DNA of 52,198 nucleotides, the filler included, from Squatina squatina (lineage: Eukaryota), in NCBI GenBank assembly GCA_031763465.1. It is 3 parts of 3 records of this genome, joined end to end, with 100 filler letters (N's around TTAATTAATTAA, not from the genome) between each part and the next. Parts side by side here need not be neighbours in the genome. Positions count along the whole stretch, not along the records: positions 15,978 to 32,099 come from JARFOE010000046.1; positions 32,200 to 52,198 come from JARFOE010000100.1; 1 more part is not named here. The stretch is one strand, 5' to 3'. A model generated the notes under the pieces. The model ran no database searches and was not told the origin of the DNA. It saw only the letters and a list, made by a program, of their open reading frames with translations. Positions 25,621 to 37,385 of the stretch are shown in pieces. Within the stretch, counting starts at the first letter, position 1. Each line of letters starts with the position of its first letter. A program made the position numbers and the translations under genes.

Positions 25621-28195
25621 ACCAATTTAACATGACATGGTCCCAACACCCATTTTCAGTGGTTAGCCAGTTTCTCCCTCTGTGTCAAGTCCTTCCAGTT
25701 CAGATGCTGAACAAAGCTCTTTCCAATTTGGTTAAACAGTGTGCCTTAACCTTAAGTTCCGAGGACTACTACCTAATGCACCAGAGTGATGTTTCTATTC
25801 CCCACACCAGCTACCCCATGGTCCCTCAGCCCATCTATCGTCCAATAAGAGATTTGACAAGTGCCCCAGGAACTGAATGAAGAGATTTGAGTTCAGGTGG
25901 GATGGATTCCTCAATAGTAAAACAATAATATTTGAAAACCGTACCATCAGCAGTGATCAGTAATACTAAAAAATTATGTGCCTTTAATGAGCTTCTTTGC
26001 ACTGAAATATTTTAGTCAAACCATTTAATTGGGACTTTTATAAATGAAAAGCAATGAAGTCTATATAGTCCTGGGAAATCCGTTGCCATCAAGGTCCAAA
26101 AGACCTTCTATTAAGGACCATGTTCTATGCCCTGAAGAGCTGAAACTGACATTGTGTACGTCTCCATGACACTGTGTGTCTAATTGCCTTATCTTTCATG
26201 TATTTCATGCATTGCCCCTCACTTTTAAGTAGATGGCGGTTCAGTGTGTTATTCTCTGATGACCAAGAAAACTGAGCACATCTGTTCAAATATCAGTCAT
26301 CAAGCAGAAAGCTGGTCAACACTAATTAGTACTTCTTGCTTTGCTGATGCATGACCAGCATAAAATATATTTACTACTTGTTGGAAATAACTTCATTTTC
26401 TTGAGACGATTCATCAGTGTTGAAATGTGCACAATATCAAAGTTATGCAAATGGTCTGGATTTAATCAATTTTGAATGTTTTCTCATAGAAATTTTGTAG
26501 AATCAGCTACCAACATTAATGCTTCATGTGTTTGTACGACATTTCTCCGTCTACTATTTTATCTGTTTATTTTAACTAGTGATTACCTCCATTAAAATAG
26601 CAGACTGAGCAATATTGTACAAAGGTTACATGCATAGGCTAATANNNNNNNNNNNNNNNNNNNNNNNNNNNNNNNNNNNNNNNNNNNNNNNNNNNNNNNN
26701 NNNNNNNNNNNNNNNNNNNNNNNNNNNNNNNNNNNNNNNNNNNNATGGATCACATGTATCTGGAAGTCAATGTGTAATGTCCACATGTGCCCATGATTGC
26801 CCACGCAGAAGATCCCTCACCTTGACCATGCCATCTGAGAACTCACATGAAAAGAGGGAATTCTGTGTGTGAACCTCATCAAGGCCACTTTCATGGCTCC
26901 CCTTGTGCTAGCTCAAGAGTAGCATTGGCAGAAGGCTTGTGGCAGGTGGTCTGCCCACTCTCCCAACCTAAGTTAGAAAGAGCAAAAGGGATTATTGGTG
27001 AGATAATGTGATAACGTGATTCAGTAAGCATGCAGCGCTGGAGAGAGCAACCTTGAAACATTCATTTAAATAGGACAACTAAAGTGACGTTCCCTGCTAC
27101 TTTCATCCATTTGGCACAGGAGAAGATTAAAGCACTCATGTATTGCTGTGGGTCTTTGTTCCCTATTGCAGAACAAAGCCTATTAAATCATATACCCATT
27201 GCCATTTTAGTTTTCTTTAGTAGCCCAGGTTCTTTACACGAGGCTGCCTTCTGATGTTACAGCAGTCTTAATAAAGAAATTAAAAAGATAATGGATTGTA
27301 AACGAAATGGATAATGTATCCAGTCCTTTCTGTTCACCCTCTAGGGGTGGTATCCTGGATGCAGAGTATGTCAATTGTCAACATTTCCAATATTATTCTT
27401 TTTAAAGTTATCTCCATTTGTAAACTTAAATTTAAAAAACACTAACAATTAGGCCAGTGAGACCATTTTATATTGGTTTAGAATCCAGTGGGGTGCTCTT
27501 TGAAATTAAAATGTAACACCCATAATACATCATTAATATTTCATCACCTTCCACTGTCCAAATGCTCTAGCCTTTCAGCAGATGCTCTCCCTTTACCTCC
27601 TAGCTGTTTTGTTATGACATTCAATAGCTGACTGAATATTTCTCATCAATAATGGAGCCAATTTAATCCAAGTTCAAAAGCACCTTAAAGTCTGGAGTTG
27701 ATGGTTAAATAAAGAGAAAGGGAAAAACACCTTTAACCCTTTAGGTTCCAGCTCAGTCTTAATGTTTTCCTTTGATATAGGAACAAAATGAATTCTGTCT
27801 CACCAAGTTGCAAATTTATCTGGGTGCCCTAGCATGACTAGAGTGTGCTTTACTGAGGGAACAAAGTTCAATTTTAGCATTGGATATTCTTGGAGATATG
27901 GTATGGGCTTTTTAACACATGGTATCNNNNNNNNNNNNNNNNNNNNNNNNNNNNNNNNNNNNNNNNNNNNNNNNNNNNNNNNNNNNNNNNNNNNNNNNNN
28001 NNNNNNNNNNNNNNNNNNNNNNNNNNTTTGTAGGCAACATACAATGAATGCACTCAAATTAGCAAGCATGCCTGGTACATAGTATTTGAATATTGCGGCC
28101 CTGGAGGACAATTGTGTCCAAACCACAGTGGCAATTTACCAACAGGTGCGACATAAGGCTGAGGCCTTTCAGACGTTGAAAGCATGATCCTAGTA

Positions 28196-28335
28196 TCACA
28201 TAGCTGTGGTGCAAACATTCTGTATCGCTGCCCTTTTTAATTCGCTTCTGATACCAAGAGAGCCCCTATCGATTTTCTCCCTGCTTTTGTTTTCATTCTG
28301 AATAATTGATGAGATAATTTTTCCATCATCATCAT
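28196..28335 (-). CDS. Putative terminal exon of an unannotated gene (possibly MAP17/SMIM24-like)
   Basis: Pyrimidine-rich acceptor ttgccttcacag, then a phase-1 frame xDDDGKIISSIIQNENKSREKIDRGSLGIRSELKRAAIQNVCTTAM* that ends in a class I PDZ-like T-A-M. Confidence 0.4.
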
Positions 28336-29249
28336 CTGTGAAGGCAAATTTTGTGGAAAAGCAAAATCAATCGAACAAACGCCACAGGTCGCTCTGTTTG
28401 TGTTTTGCTGCTTTCATCTCCATGTTAGACAACTCTGGGGACCGGGAGGAGATATTGAGGAATGAGGAGAGAAAAATATATCATCGATTGCTGTGAACAT
28501 TTCATAAAATGTAGAAAGATATGGGGGTGGGCGCTGTCAGCCAGGGCAGCTCCTGCGAGGTGAATTCAGAGAGCAGTTTTAATCTTTACAAGGTTTCACA
28601 TGTCACTTTGGTAAAAGGCCAACATTTTCAAGCTTAAAGATATATCTCCACATCCTTGCTCATCCACGGGCTGACATATTCCACATCATCATTTTAGTCA
28701 TAGTCACATTCATTCTTTAAAGGTGAAAATTCAACAAAAAAAATTATATAAATAGATGCCTTTGCCTGCAGTGTTATAACCCTGTNNNNNNNNNNTCACC
28801 CACACAGCTCTTTGTCTCCATTTAGATTTGCCACATGGACAAATTAGAACAGAACAGTTCCATTTTTGAGTGGGTAGGCTCTCCACAAATTTATAAAATG
28901 TAAAGTGGACACCAAAGGGTCAACCATATGGGTGTATGCTGCGGGCAGGGAGCCTCATCAATTTGTGACAAGCTGCCACAATGTGCGCTGGCTCAGCTGT
29001 ATTTTCAAGGGTCAGCCTAATGAAAATATTTTAGGCACACTCCAGGTATTGTTAAATTCCCGATTGAAAGCCTGCCCACTTTGGGGTGGGAAATAGTGTG
29101 GTGCTGCTGGATTTAAAGGTCTGAAGCAGCTTAAAGGGGCAGGTATTATNNNNNNNNNNNNNNNNNNNNNNNNNNNNNNNNNNNNNNNNNNNNNNNNNNN
29201 NNNNNNNNNNNNNNNNNNNNNNNNNNNNNNNNNNNNNNNNNNNNNNNNN

Positions 29250-29278
29250 CTTTGGGAGATAGGTTGGCACCACATTAG
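29250..29278 (-). CDS. Putative internal exon start of the same unannotated gene (truncated by gap)
   Basis: ctgtag|CT AAT GTG GTG CCA ACC TAT CTC CCA AAG, i.e. (x)NVVPTYLPK, followed by a 100-N gap. Confidence 0.25.
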
Positions 29279-29969
29279 CTACAGTATGTAAAGGGCTCTG
29301 TTGTCTCTAGTTATCTTTGATTGTATGTTATTGCACATCAATGATAACATGTTAGGTGTGAGCCTCTGTCCTTCAGTGAGGGTAAGATGTTTTCAGTAAT
29401 CACTCTCTAACAGCATCAACTTTTCTTCCCTGTTCATTCTAACATTCTGTCAGGTCTCAGCTGAACAGCTCACACTCCACAAAGCTCAGAAAATAGTCTG
29501 GTTGCCTTCACAGAAACTAAAATTCCAAGAAAATTTCATAGAAAAATTATTGCATAACCTCTTAAGGAAGTTGCTACATCCCTTTGCTTTAACAATTTCC
29601 ATAAAAATATGGATATGGAATTGTATTTGGGAAATAGATGGGATTCTGGCTGCCTGTTAATAAGTGGCTAATTAGTTCCTCGTGTCACTTAAACGCAGAT
29701 ACATCATACTTTTATTAGTCAGTAAAAAACCTTTCTAATGGACCATATAATGACAAATTTCAATTTGATTCCAGCAGGGACTCTGGTAGATATCTGCCTG
29801 GAGGACGCTGTGCAATTAGCTGCCTTTTATATAAATGGATTGTGAATAAAAGAGAGCTACTTCTAGTGTTGATTTATGATCCACAGACATTAAATGCACG
29901 GGATAGATTGTGATGGACTCAAGATAGCAGACAGGAACCAGAGTGCCATGGAGATAGGGAAGAGACAAA

Positions 29970-30260
29970 GAGAGAATGATGAATGTGCTGGATTAGAGGG
30001 AGAGCGAATGCTAAATGTTTTATAAAATGAAGGAGCATTGAATGTTTTATATAGAGAGCGGGAGAATACTGAATGTTTTATGGAAAGTGTTGAATATTTT
30101 ACAATGACAGTGAATATTGAATGCCTTATAGAAAAAAATATTGAATGTCCTGCTGGAGGAGAATATTTAGTGTAGTAAAGAGAGAATACTGAATGTCTCA
30201 GAAAGGAATATATTCAATGTCTCAGAGAATGCATAGCAAATGTTCTGCAGAGAGATTATT
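29970..30260. repeat. Degenerate minisatellite with core GAATAYTGAATGT
   Basis: About 10 diverged copies spaced about 20-33 bp apart. Confidence 0.65.
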
Positions 30261-30779
30261 GCCTGTGATATACAGTCTGAGAAATGATTCATCTTTTCTT
30301 ACTGAACTGTATTTATTAAAAATACCTNNNNNNNNNNNNNNNNNNNNNNNNNNNNNNNNNNNNNNNNNNNNNNNNNNNNNNNNNNNNNNNNNNNNNNNNN
30401 NNNNNNNACCTCAGCACAACACTATTTTGCGTTGACGATTTTTTTGTGTCATACAAAGGGACATGCCAATAAATTTAGATTGAGGAAGGAGGGGAGTTTA
30501 AAGACACAAATGGGTTGCAAGTCCTGACCCCTACATTTTTTCAGCTGACACGAAAAGCTTTTAATGTTCACTCTCTGAGAAAGAAAACTTCTGCAGTCTC
30601 TGCACTTTGGAACATTCATCCAAACAAAGTTTTCTAAAGAATCCTGGATCAGCAGAGCTTGATTAAACATGCGAGCTTGACAAGGATTTGGAAGCACTCT
30701 CGAAGCCTTTCTGTGCGATGTATTTTTCTGAAGTCTTTCTGTAATCTTGCAGTTGAATTTGGAATTAAAAATAAACGCA

Positions 30780-31700
30780 AGGCTGAGAGCTTCGATTTCC
30801 CATTGGGCCGGACTGTCCTCTCACTCCCCTCCTCCCCTTTTGGGAATTTCGGTAAAGTTTCCGATTCTCTTATTACTGGAATAATCTTTAGATCCGATTT
30901 AGTTTGTACTTTATGTCGAGGACAAAATAGATTCGATTAAATCGAATCGTTAAGGATTTCGTTCAAATGTTAATCGTTATCTTTAACTGTAAACTAATAA
31001 TCCGTGTAACTTTCAGACCTGTTGATCATTTTATGCCCTCGCTTCCCCACATAGAAAGAGACACAAATAGAAGAGTGAAAGTATCTCGGCGGAGCTGACT
31101 GTTGACCCGCTACAATCAAATCCAAACTCCATTTAGAAATTGGGTATAAATTAATTCAACGCAAAATGTAAACTCGCTGATGATTAATGTTATATTGTCA
31201 TCTGCAAATATCACACCCTGCTCCATCCTTATCCTCAGTCAGCGAGAGGATAGTCACAGCCTCCTGTCACAATGGTCCATTAAGTATAAGTAATAGTGAA
31301 ATAGTCTTACCCCCACTGCAGGCCACCCTCGGCGTGTCTGTGCTGAAATCCTGCTGGAAGTGACTGCGGCTCAATTCCCCAACTCGCTTTCTCACTGTTT
31401 TATATCAACCTGGGCGATTAATATTGCATTAACCGTCTTCAACATTTTCAAAACGAGCAATATAATGTGCGGGCATCAGGACATTTATTATTAACAGCAA
31501 TTTGATTAGGAGCGAATGTCTGTGGCAGGATTCCGGTTTTAGGGAGAGAGAGAAGCGGACGGATTCACAGACCAACAGGAGGCTGAAAATGGGAAGAGCA
31601 GAGAGTGGACAGCTCGTGGAGACTGTGCGCGGGATCTTTTTTTATTCTACCTTCAGCTTTGATGCCTGGCGCATTGAAATTCTCCAGTAAAATATTCACA
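30780..31700. promoter_or_regulatory. CpG-enriched promoter-like region (gene unassigned)
   Basis: Locally frequent CpG. On the minus strand: TATAAAA at 31398-31404, HNF1-like GTTAATAATAAAT at 31483-31495, and donor GGG|gtaaga at 31311/31310. Confidence 0.45.
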
Positions 31701-32099
31701 AGATACTTGGGTTGTTACATTAATTTTTTATCATCACAATGCTTTGGGGATTCGGGAATAGAACCGTTTTAGCTGCTTTTAAAAGCAGTTCTCTCTCTCT
31801 CTCGGTATTACAAGTTCATTAAAACAGTTTCTTTTTACACTCCTGTGTTATTTCCACGATGCAGATTATAAAGGGAAATAAAATAGTGAAATGAATAAAG
31901 CTGCAAGTTGGGTGTCAGACCCCGAGTGAAATAAAACAAAAAAGGCAAACTTCAATTCACATTTTTTTTTAAATGAAAAGGTCATTTTACTGTGAGCCTA
32001 TTATAGTTGTATTAAAATTAATCTTTACATTTATTGTAATCTTATCAAAGAATTGGCCATTTTCTCAAGCAAACCCCACGCTCCAGTTGTGTGAAGATG

Positions 32100-32199
32100 N
32101 NNNNNNNNNNNNNNNNNNNNNNNNNNNNNNNNNNNNNNNNNNNTTAATTAATTAANNNNNNNNNNNNNNNNNNNNNNNNNNNNNNNNNNNNNNNNNNNN
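32100..32199. other. Artificial scaffold linker N44-TTAATTAATTAA-N44
   Basis: Same 12-mer at 32144-32155 within a 100-nt N block. Confidence 0.95.
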
Positions 32200-33797
32200 A
32201 ATAGAGTTGCTGCTTCCGCAAGCTGAAGGTAGTGATGATGAAAGGTGCTTCATCAGTACATAGCACAGGAAGGAGATTGTGGGACAAGACAGCCAGAAGT
32301 CAGAGAAAGGAAGGTGAAACTCATAGCCCAATGTTTCCAATAAATAAAGATTCCCTCACCAAATAAAGTCACTTTACACATTTATGCGCTCCCCTCACAC
32401 ATTCATCAAAGACTTCTGTCAAGTTCCTTCATAAGACAAAAATCTACATTATCCCTGCCATCATTCCAATTCCTAAAAGTNNNNNNNNNNCACAGAACTC
32501 AGAATTCTTTGGCCTTGATTTGAGCCCCCTATGCCTAACAAGAATGTGGCATGCAGGGGGTAAAATAGGACAGTGTATTCACCTCCCCAGTCACGCCGCA
32601 CTCCTGTCCACCTCCAATTTAACTCCCAGGTTTCTGGAAGCATGTGAGGCCGTGCACACAGCTCAAGATTTATAACAATGTTCACAAAAGCAGGCATCCA
32701 AATTTCAGATATGCGTTACCAATGGATGAGGGTCCCCAGCTGGAGCATAAAGTAGGAAAATTACCCCTTGTATGTATTCATGAAACTTGCAACATCTCAA
32801 GATTGCATCTTTGCTTCCAGGACAAAATGGCACGTTACAGAAGGTAACAGACCTGGATTGGCAGACAGCCCAGAAATACAAATCTTTGACTGCCTTTGAA
32901 TAGGCCACACTGGAATTAATTAACTATCAAAGCTTAAAGGGAGTAGAAGAGAGTGAAACCAAAGGCCTCCCGAGCTCAGGATAAATGCTATGCTGCTCTT
33001 GTGATGTCTTCTCCATTCCTTCACTCACTCACACATTCTGGAGTTATCGGCATCTTTTATTTCATTTTGCTGCCACACCTGCATAAAGGCCATTTTCCTG
33101 TACAACAGAGGGTTTCTAGCGATTGGAACACTGGGAGTTGCTTAAGGGCATTGAGTTAACATGCACAGTTGAAATGACACGAGTGCAGAAGCACTCTGAT
33201 TTGATGACTGCTACGATAAATGCCGCTTTCTCGCAGTGCCCGGCTGGATACCCCAACACAGTGTTAATAAAAATATTCAGAACAACTAAGACAAAAACAT
33301 GGTAAAGTTAATTGTTTTTAATCAGTGAGCACTCAATTTGCATTTGAAGAGAATCTTACCATTTCTTTTCATTTTTCATTGCAATATATTAGAAATTTTT
33401 AATGTGAAATTTTTTTGGATGTGGGAAAAATACCACTTTGCAGCTCAATAAAATGGGTATGTCACTAGTATAGCTTTAAATGAAGAATCATATTAACACA
33501 ATTTATATTTTGTATTTAATTTAACACTTATGGATGTATCATGGGACTACCTATCTCATGCTTTGTATACCATAATACTGTGGGTAAGTTATCAGGCTGT
33601 AAACGTTGGAGAATGTCTGTACTCCAAACAAGAGGAGCCTGTATCGTGCCACCTACAGACAGCAGAGGTGGAGTGTGGTATGAACGTAATCAGAATTCTC
33701 TATGTAAACAGCCAAAGTCTGACATTTACTCGGCAAATAGTTTTTACTTTAATTAATTTACTGCTTTTCTTTATAAACACAGGTGCTATATTTGGTC

Positions 33798-34016
33798 ATG
33801 GCAACTTCTTTACCAAGGACCCTTGGTGAGTTGCAACTCTATCGCATTCTACAACGAGCCAATCTTTTGTCTTATTATGATGCTTTCATTCAGCAAGGGG
33901 GAGATGATGTGCAGCAGCTCTGTGAAGCAGGGGAGGAGGAATTCTTGGAGATCATGGCCCTGGTTGGCATGGCTAGCAAACCTCTGCATGTGAGGAGGTT
34001 GCAAAAAGCTTTGAGA
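33798..34016 (+). CDS. NAB1: NAB1 first coding exon, NCD1 domain (truncated by gap)
   Basis: Acceptor at 33781-33782, ATG at 33798. Reads [73 protein letters not shown]. It lacks the NAB2 N-terminal extension. Confidence 0.95.
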
Positions 34017-34068
34017 NNNNNNNNNNNNNNNNNNNNNNNNNNNNNNNNNNNNNNNNNNNNNNNNNNNN

Positions 34069-34295
34069 GGGATAAATATTGGCCAGGACACCGGGGATTA
34101 CTGCCACCTGAGAGAGCAGACCGGGCCTCCATTTAACATCTCATCTGAGAGACAGCACCTCCAACAGTGCAGCACTCCCTCAGTACTGCACTGGAGTGTC
34201 AGCCTAGATTTATGTGCTCAAGCCCCTAGAGTGGGACTTGAACCCACAACCTTCTGACACTGAGGTGAGAGTGCTATCCACTGAGCCACAGCTGA
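34069..34295 (-). mobile_element. Deu-domain SINE (5' part)
   Basis: Reverse complement reads gtggctcagtggatagcactctc...gggttcaagtcccac...gcagtactgagggagtgctgcactgttggaggtgctgtc. Confidence 0.85.
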
Positions 34296-34455
34296 CACAT
34301 CACATGCTAGATCACGTGCTAGTGCTGTGCACATGATACCTTGTATAAAGTCTGCAATGAGTGCAATGCATGATGTGGCTGTGTCTGTTCCTGCTACTTA
34401 TGCAGATAGAGTCTAAGATGTGCAGATTTGTAGTATGAATATGCTTATGTATGAG

Positions 34456-34616
34456 AATTTTTAAAAACAAATAAGAAGTTAGCCAAAATGATCAGTCACA
34501 TCTTTGACATGAATGATGGTGATCCCCACAAAGAAGAAGAAATCCGAAAATATAGTGCAATATATGGACGGTTCGATTCCAAAAGAAAGGATGGAAAGCA
34601 TCTTACACTTCATGAG
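34456..34616 (+). CDS. NAB1: NAB1 NCD2-coding segment (5' boundary uncertain)
   Basis: (E)[53 protein letters not shown]|gtacag. Confidence 0.9.
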
Positions 34617-35309
34617 GTACAGGAATTTCTTTACTTTTCTCACATTACTCCCTTTACAACATTTTACATTCTGCAGTCCTTCAGTAGAACAGGTGGAGCC
34701 CAAGATTTTTTTAATGTTGGTGTTTCGCCACAATCATCAGGCCAGGCATGTACTTCTGTATTGGAAAGTGGGCAGGGTTTCAGCTCCCGCCCTAGTTTAG
34801 AAATGACAGATCTTCATGCATATGTTCATAGTGGGTGGGAGTGTTGTCTGCCTTGGGTACATAGATCTGTTACAAGAATGTGCAAAGCAAGTAGTTTAGT
34901 CATTAATGTTCTGTGCTTACTTTACAATAAAGGTTGGGCTGAAGACGAACTAACAATAAAAGTAATCTGATCTTGATGTAAAAGGTAAATTGGCATTGGA
35001 GTGTTCCTGCTCACTTGTACCCTAAAAAGGTTTAGTACTCCCTAAGGACTGTTCAGGTGTGAGAAAGTCTTAGTTTGGTCAAAACCACACGAGTCTCTCT
35101 AATTTGCCTACTGTATTGGATATCAGTATTTTGTAAACAAAAGTGCTTTCTGGATCACGATTGCATTGTTAATGTCACCAGGACGGTTAAGTGTTTTTGT
35201 TTAAATTTGTTATCCAATCACATATTTTATATCAAGAGCTGCAGAAATTACAACCGATCAAGGTATATTTTCCACTCTTGCAGAATTATCAGAAGTTATA
35301 ATGAATCTA

Positions 35310-35755
35310 TATAGAAAGATAGGAGCAGGAGTAGGCCATTCGGCCCTTCGAGCCTGCTCTGCCATTCAATAAGATCATGGCTGATCATCTAAATTCAGTA
35401 ACCCTGTCCCTGCTTTCTCCTAAAGAGCCCTTTAGTCTTAAGAGCTATATCTAACTCCTTCTTGAATATATTTAATGATTTGGCCTCAACTGCCTTNNNN
35501 NNNNNNNNNNNNNNNNNNNNNNNNNNNNNNNNNNNNNNNNNNNNNNNNNNNNNNNNNNNNNNNNNNNNNNNNNNNNNNNNNNNNNNNNNNNNNNNNCACC
35601 CACCATCGGGAACATCCTTCCTGCATCTAGTCTGTCTAGTCCTGTTAGAATTTTATAAGTTTCAATGAGATCCTCTCTTTCTTCTAAATTCTAGCGAATA
35701 TAAGCCGAATCAACCCAATCTCTCTTCATACGTCATCCCTGCCATCCCAGGAATC
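35310..35755 (-). mobile_element. CR1 LINE 3' fragment (gap inside)
   Basis: Same CR1 tail as 22753, with upstream ORF2-end sequence. Confidence 0.75.
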
Positions 35756-35847
35756 AATGGAGGCATTTCAAAAATGCTCAAGGATTTTAGTTATCTGGAT
35801 TATCCTAGTCTTCTTTTGACACAGCTTCTAAGTCATTTTCCTTTACT

Positions 35848-36531
35848 GGCCCAAATTTTGCTGGAGTGTGGCATCTGGTGGCCTGGCCCATTAGACATTT
35901 TCCCTCACCATTGAGCTCAAAATGTTTGCCCTGTAAGTTTTTGGAAGTGCAAGCTGCTAACGGCACCACAAGGGCAATGAGGCATCTGGGACCTTGGTGA
36001 ACAACATGACCAATAATCTTATCTCCATAACCAGTGAGATTTGAGGATTGAGAAAGAAACCGAGGATAACAGAGAAAGAAATAGGGTGAAATCGGGTACA
36101 GAAAGCAAGGGAAAGAAAGATTGGACTAAGAGAGAAGAAAAAAGAGACCCAAAGGAAAAGCTTAAAAAAAAATCTAACAATTTACCACCTGCAGGAATGA
36201 GACTCCACAGTTTAAGTTGTTCCCTTTCTGGGCTGGAGAGGTTGATTGGCATCCCAGGAACACAAATCTCCTAATTTTATTTTTAAAAAGGTACTTGCGC
36301 TGTTAATTAGCACTCCTAACTTTCTGTCCATTGCCAATTAATGCGCAAATGCAGCAATTTCATGAATTTCACGCGGAGGTTGAGGGCGAGTTGCCGTTTT
36401 TGCAAGGCTAAGGAGCAAATTGTACAGCAACTTGTGGCAATTTGCAATTTACGTGGTATTGCTTCCTCACCTTAAGTAGCTGAACACTTTGCCATTAAAT
36501 TTGCTGTGTTTTTAGCAGCAAAATCTGGGCC
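35848..36531. mobile_element. Non-autonomous DNA transposon (MITE, PIF/Harbinger-like)
   Basis: 16-bp TIRs ggcccaaattttgctg and cagcaaaatctgggcc (1 mismatch), flanked by a 3-bp duplication ACT at 35845-35847 and 36532-36534. Confidence 0.8.
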
Positions 36532-37079
36532 ACTGACTTTGTGTGAAATTATAACTGATTTTTCTATTAACTGTAACAAATCAAATTCAATGTTAAGTAG
36601 CTGCTTATTATGTAAAATTTGCCATTCATTTACAAGAGCCTAGTAAGGTATTCAATCTTTTTCAACTGCATTGCATTTTGAAGAACTTGTAGAGTCTTGA
36701 TCCTCTCATCATAAAAACAACATTTTAATTAAAGAGCTGCTTTATAAAGTGAAAAATATCCCAATAAAGGCAGTGGCATGTTTGTTGCTCAATAACATGC
36801 CTCAATTCCAGCCTCGGAAGACTATGTTCTACTGCGCCACTGCAAACATCGGGCATGTTTGTGGAAAGGACTGTGCTGTTAACCATTGTGCCATCTTGCA
36901 TTGCAAGGATAACTGAAATTACATTATGGGGGTCTGTTCTTGTAATTTTAATTTTATGCGATCTGATTTGTTCTAATTCAGTGATGGAAAGGACGAGTAG
37001 TTTTTTTGTAAATACTGTGAAAGACTTTTTCTTAGCATTTCTTTTCTTGCCATTTTTCTTTCAGCAATTTTTTTTCCTT

Positions 37080-37385
37080 CATTCATGAGATGTGGGTGTC
37101 ACTGGCAAAGCCAGCATTTATTGTCCATCCCTAATTGCCCTTGAAGGTGGTGATGAGCCGCTATTCCAGAGGGCAGTTAAGAGTCAACCGCATTGTTGTG
37201 GGTCTGGAGTCACATATAGGCCAGACCGGGTAAGGACGGCAGATTTCCTTCCACAAAGAACATTCGTGAACCAGATGGGTTTTTACAACAATCGGNNNNN
37301 NNNNNATTCCCCAGCTGCCGTGGTGGGATTTGAACTCCTGCCTCTGAATTATTAGTTCAGTAACATAGCCACTACTGTACCCCCG
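37080..37385 (-). mobile_element. tRNA-derived SINE carrying a LINE-derived 3' tail
   Basis: Minus-strand B-box gagttcaaatcccacc; the tail matches 24790-24870. Confidence 0.75.

Noticed and set aside
26060-26260. Kinase-like VAIK and Tc1-like W..VLFSD snippets
   Set aside because: Very short, bounded by stops, with no supporting motifs.
27842-28145. Plus-strand exon-like pieces (CALLREQSSILALDILGDM; ATYNECTQ...) suggesting interferon or cyclin I2
   Set aside because: Upstream in-frame stop, weak acceptor and no recognisable family motif. It is more likely 3'UTR of the minus-strand candidate.
30449-30822. Cys-rich minus-strand open frame of about 120 codons with a cytokine-like look (KCRDC...NIKSF) near KIF3A
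   Set aside because: No signal peptide and no four-exon cytokine structure, and it lies on the wrong side of KIF3A for the IL4/IL13 locus. The resemblance is too weak.
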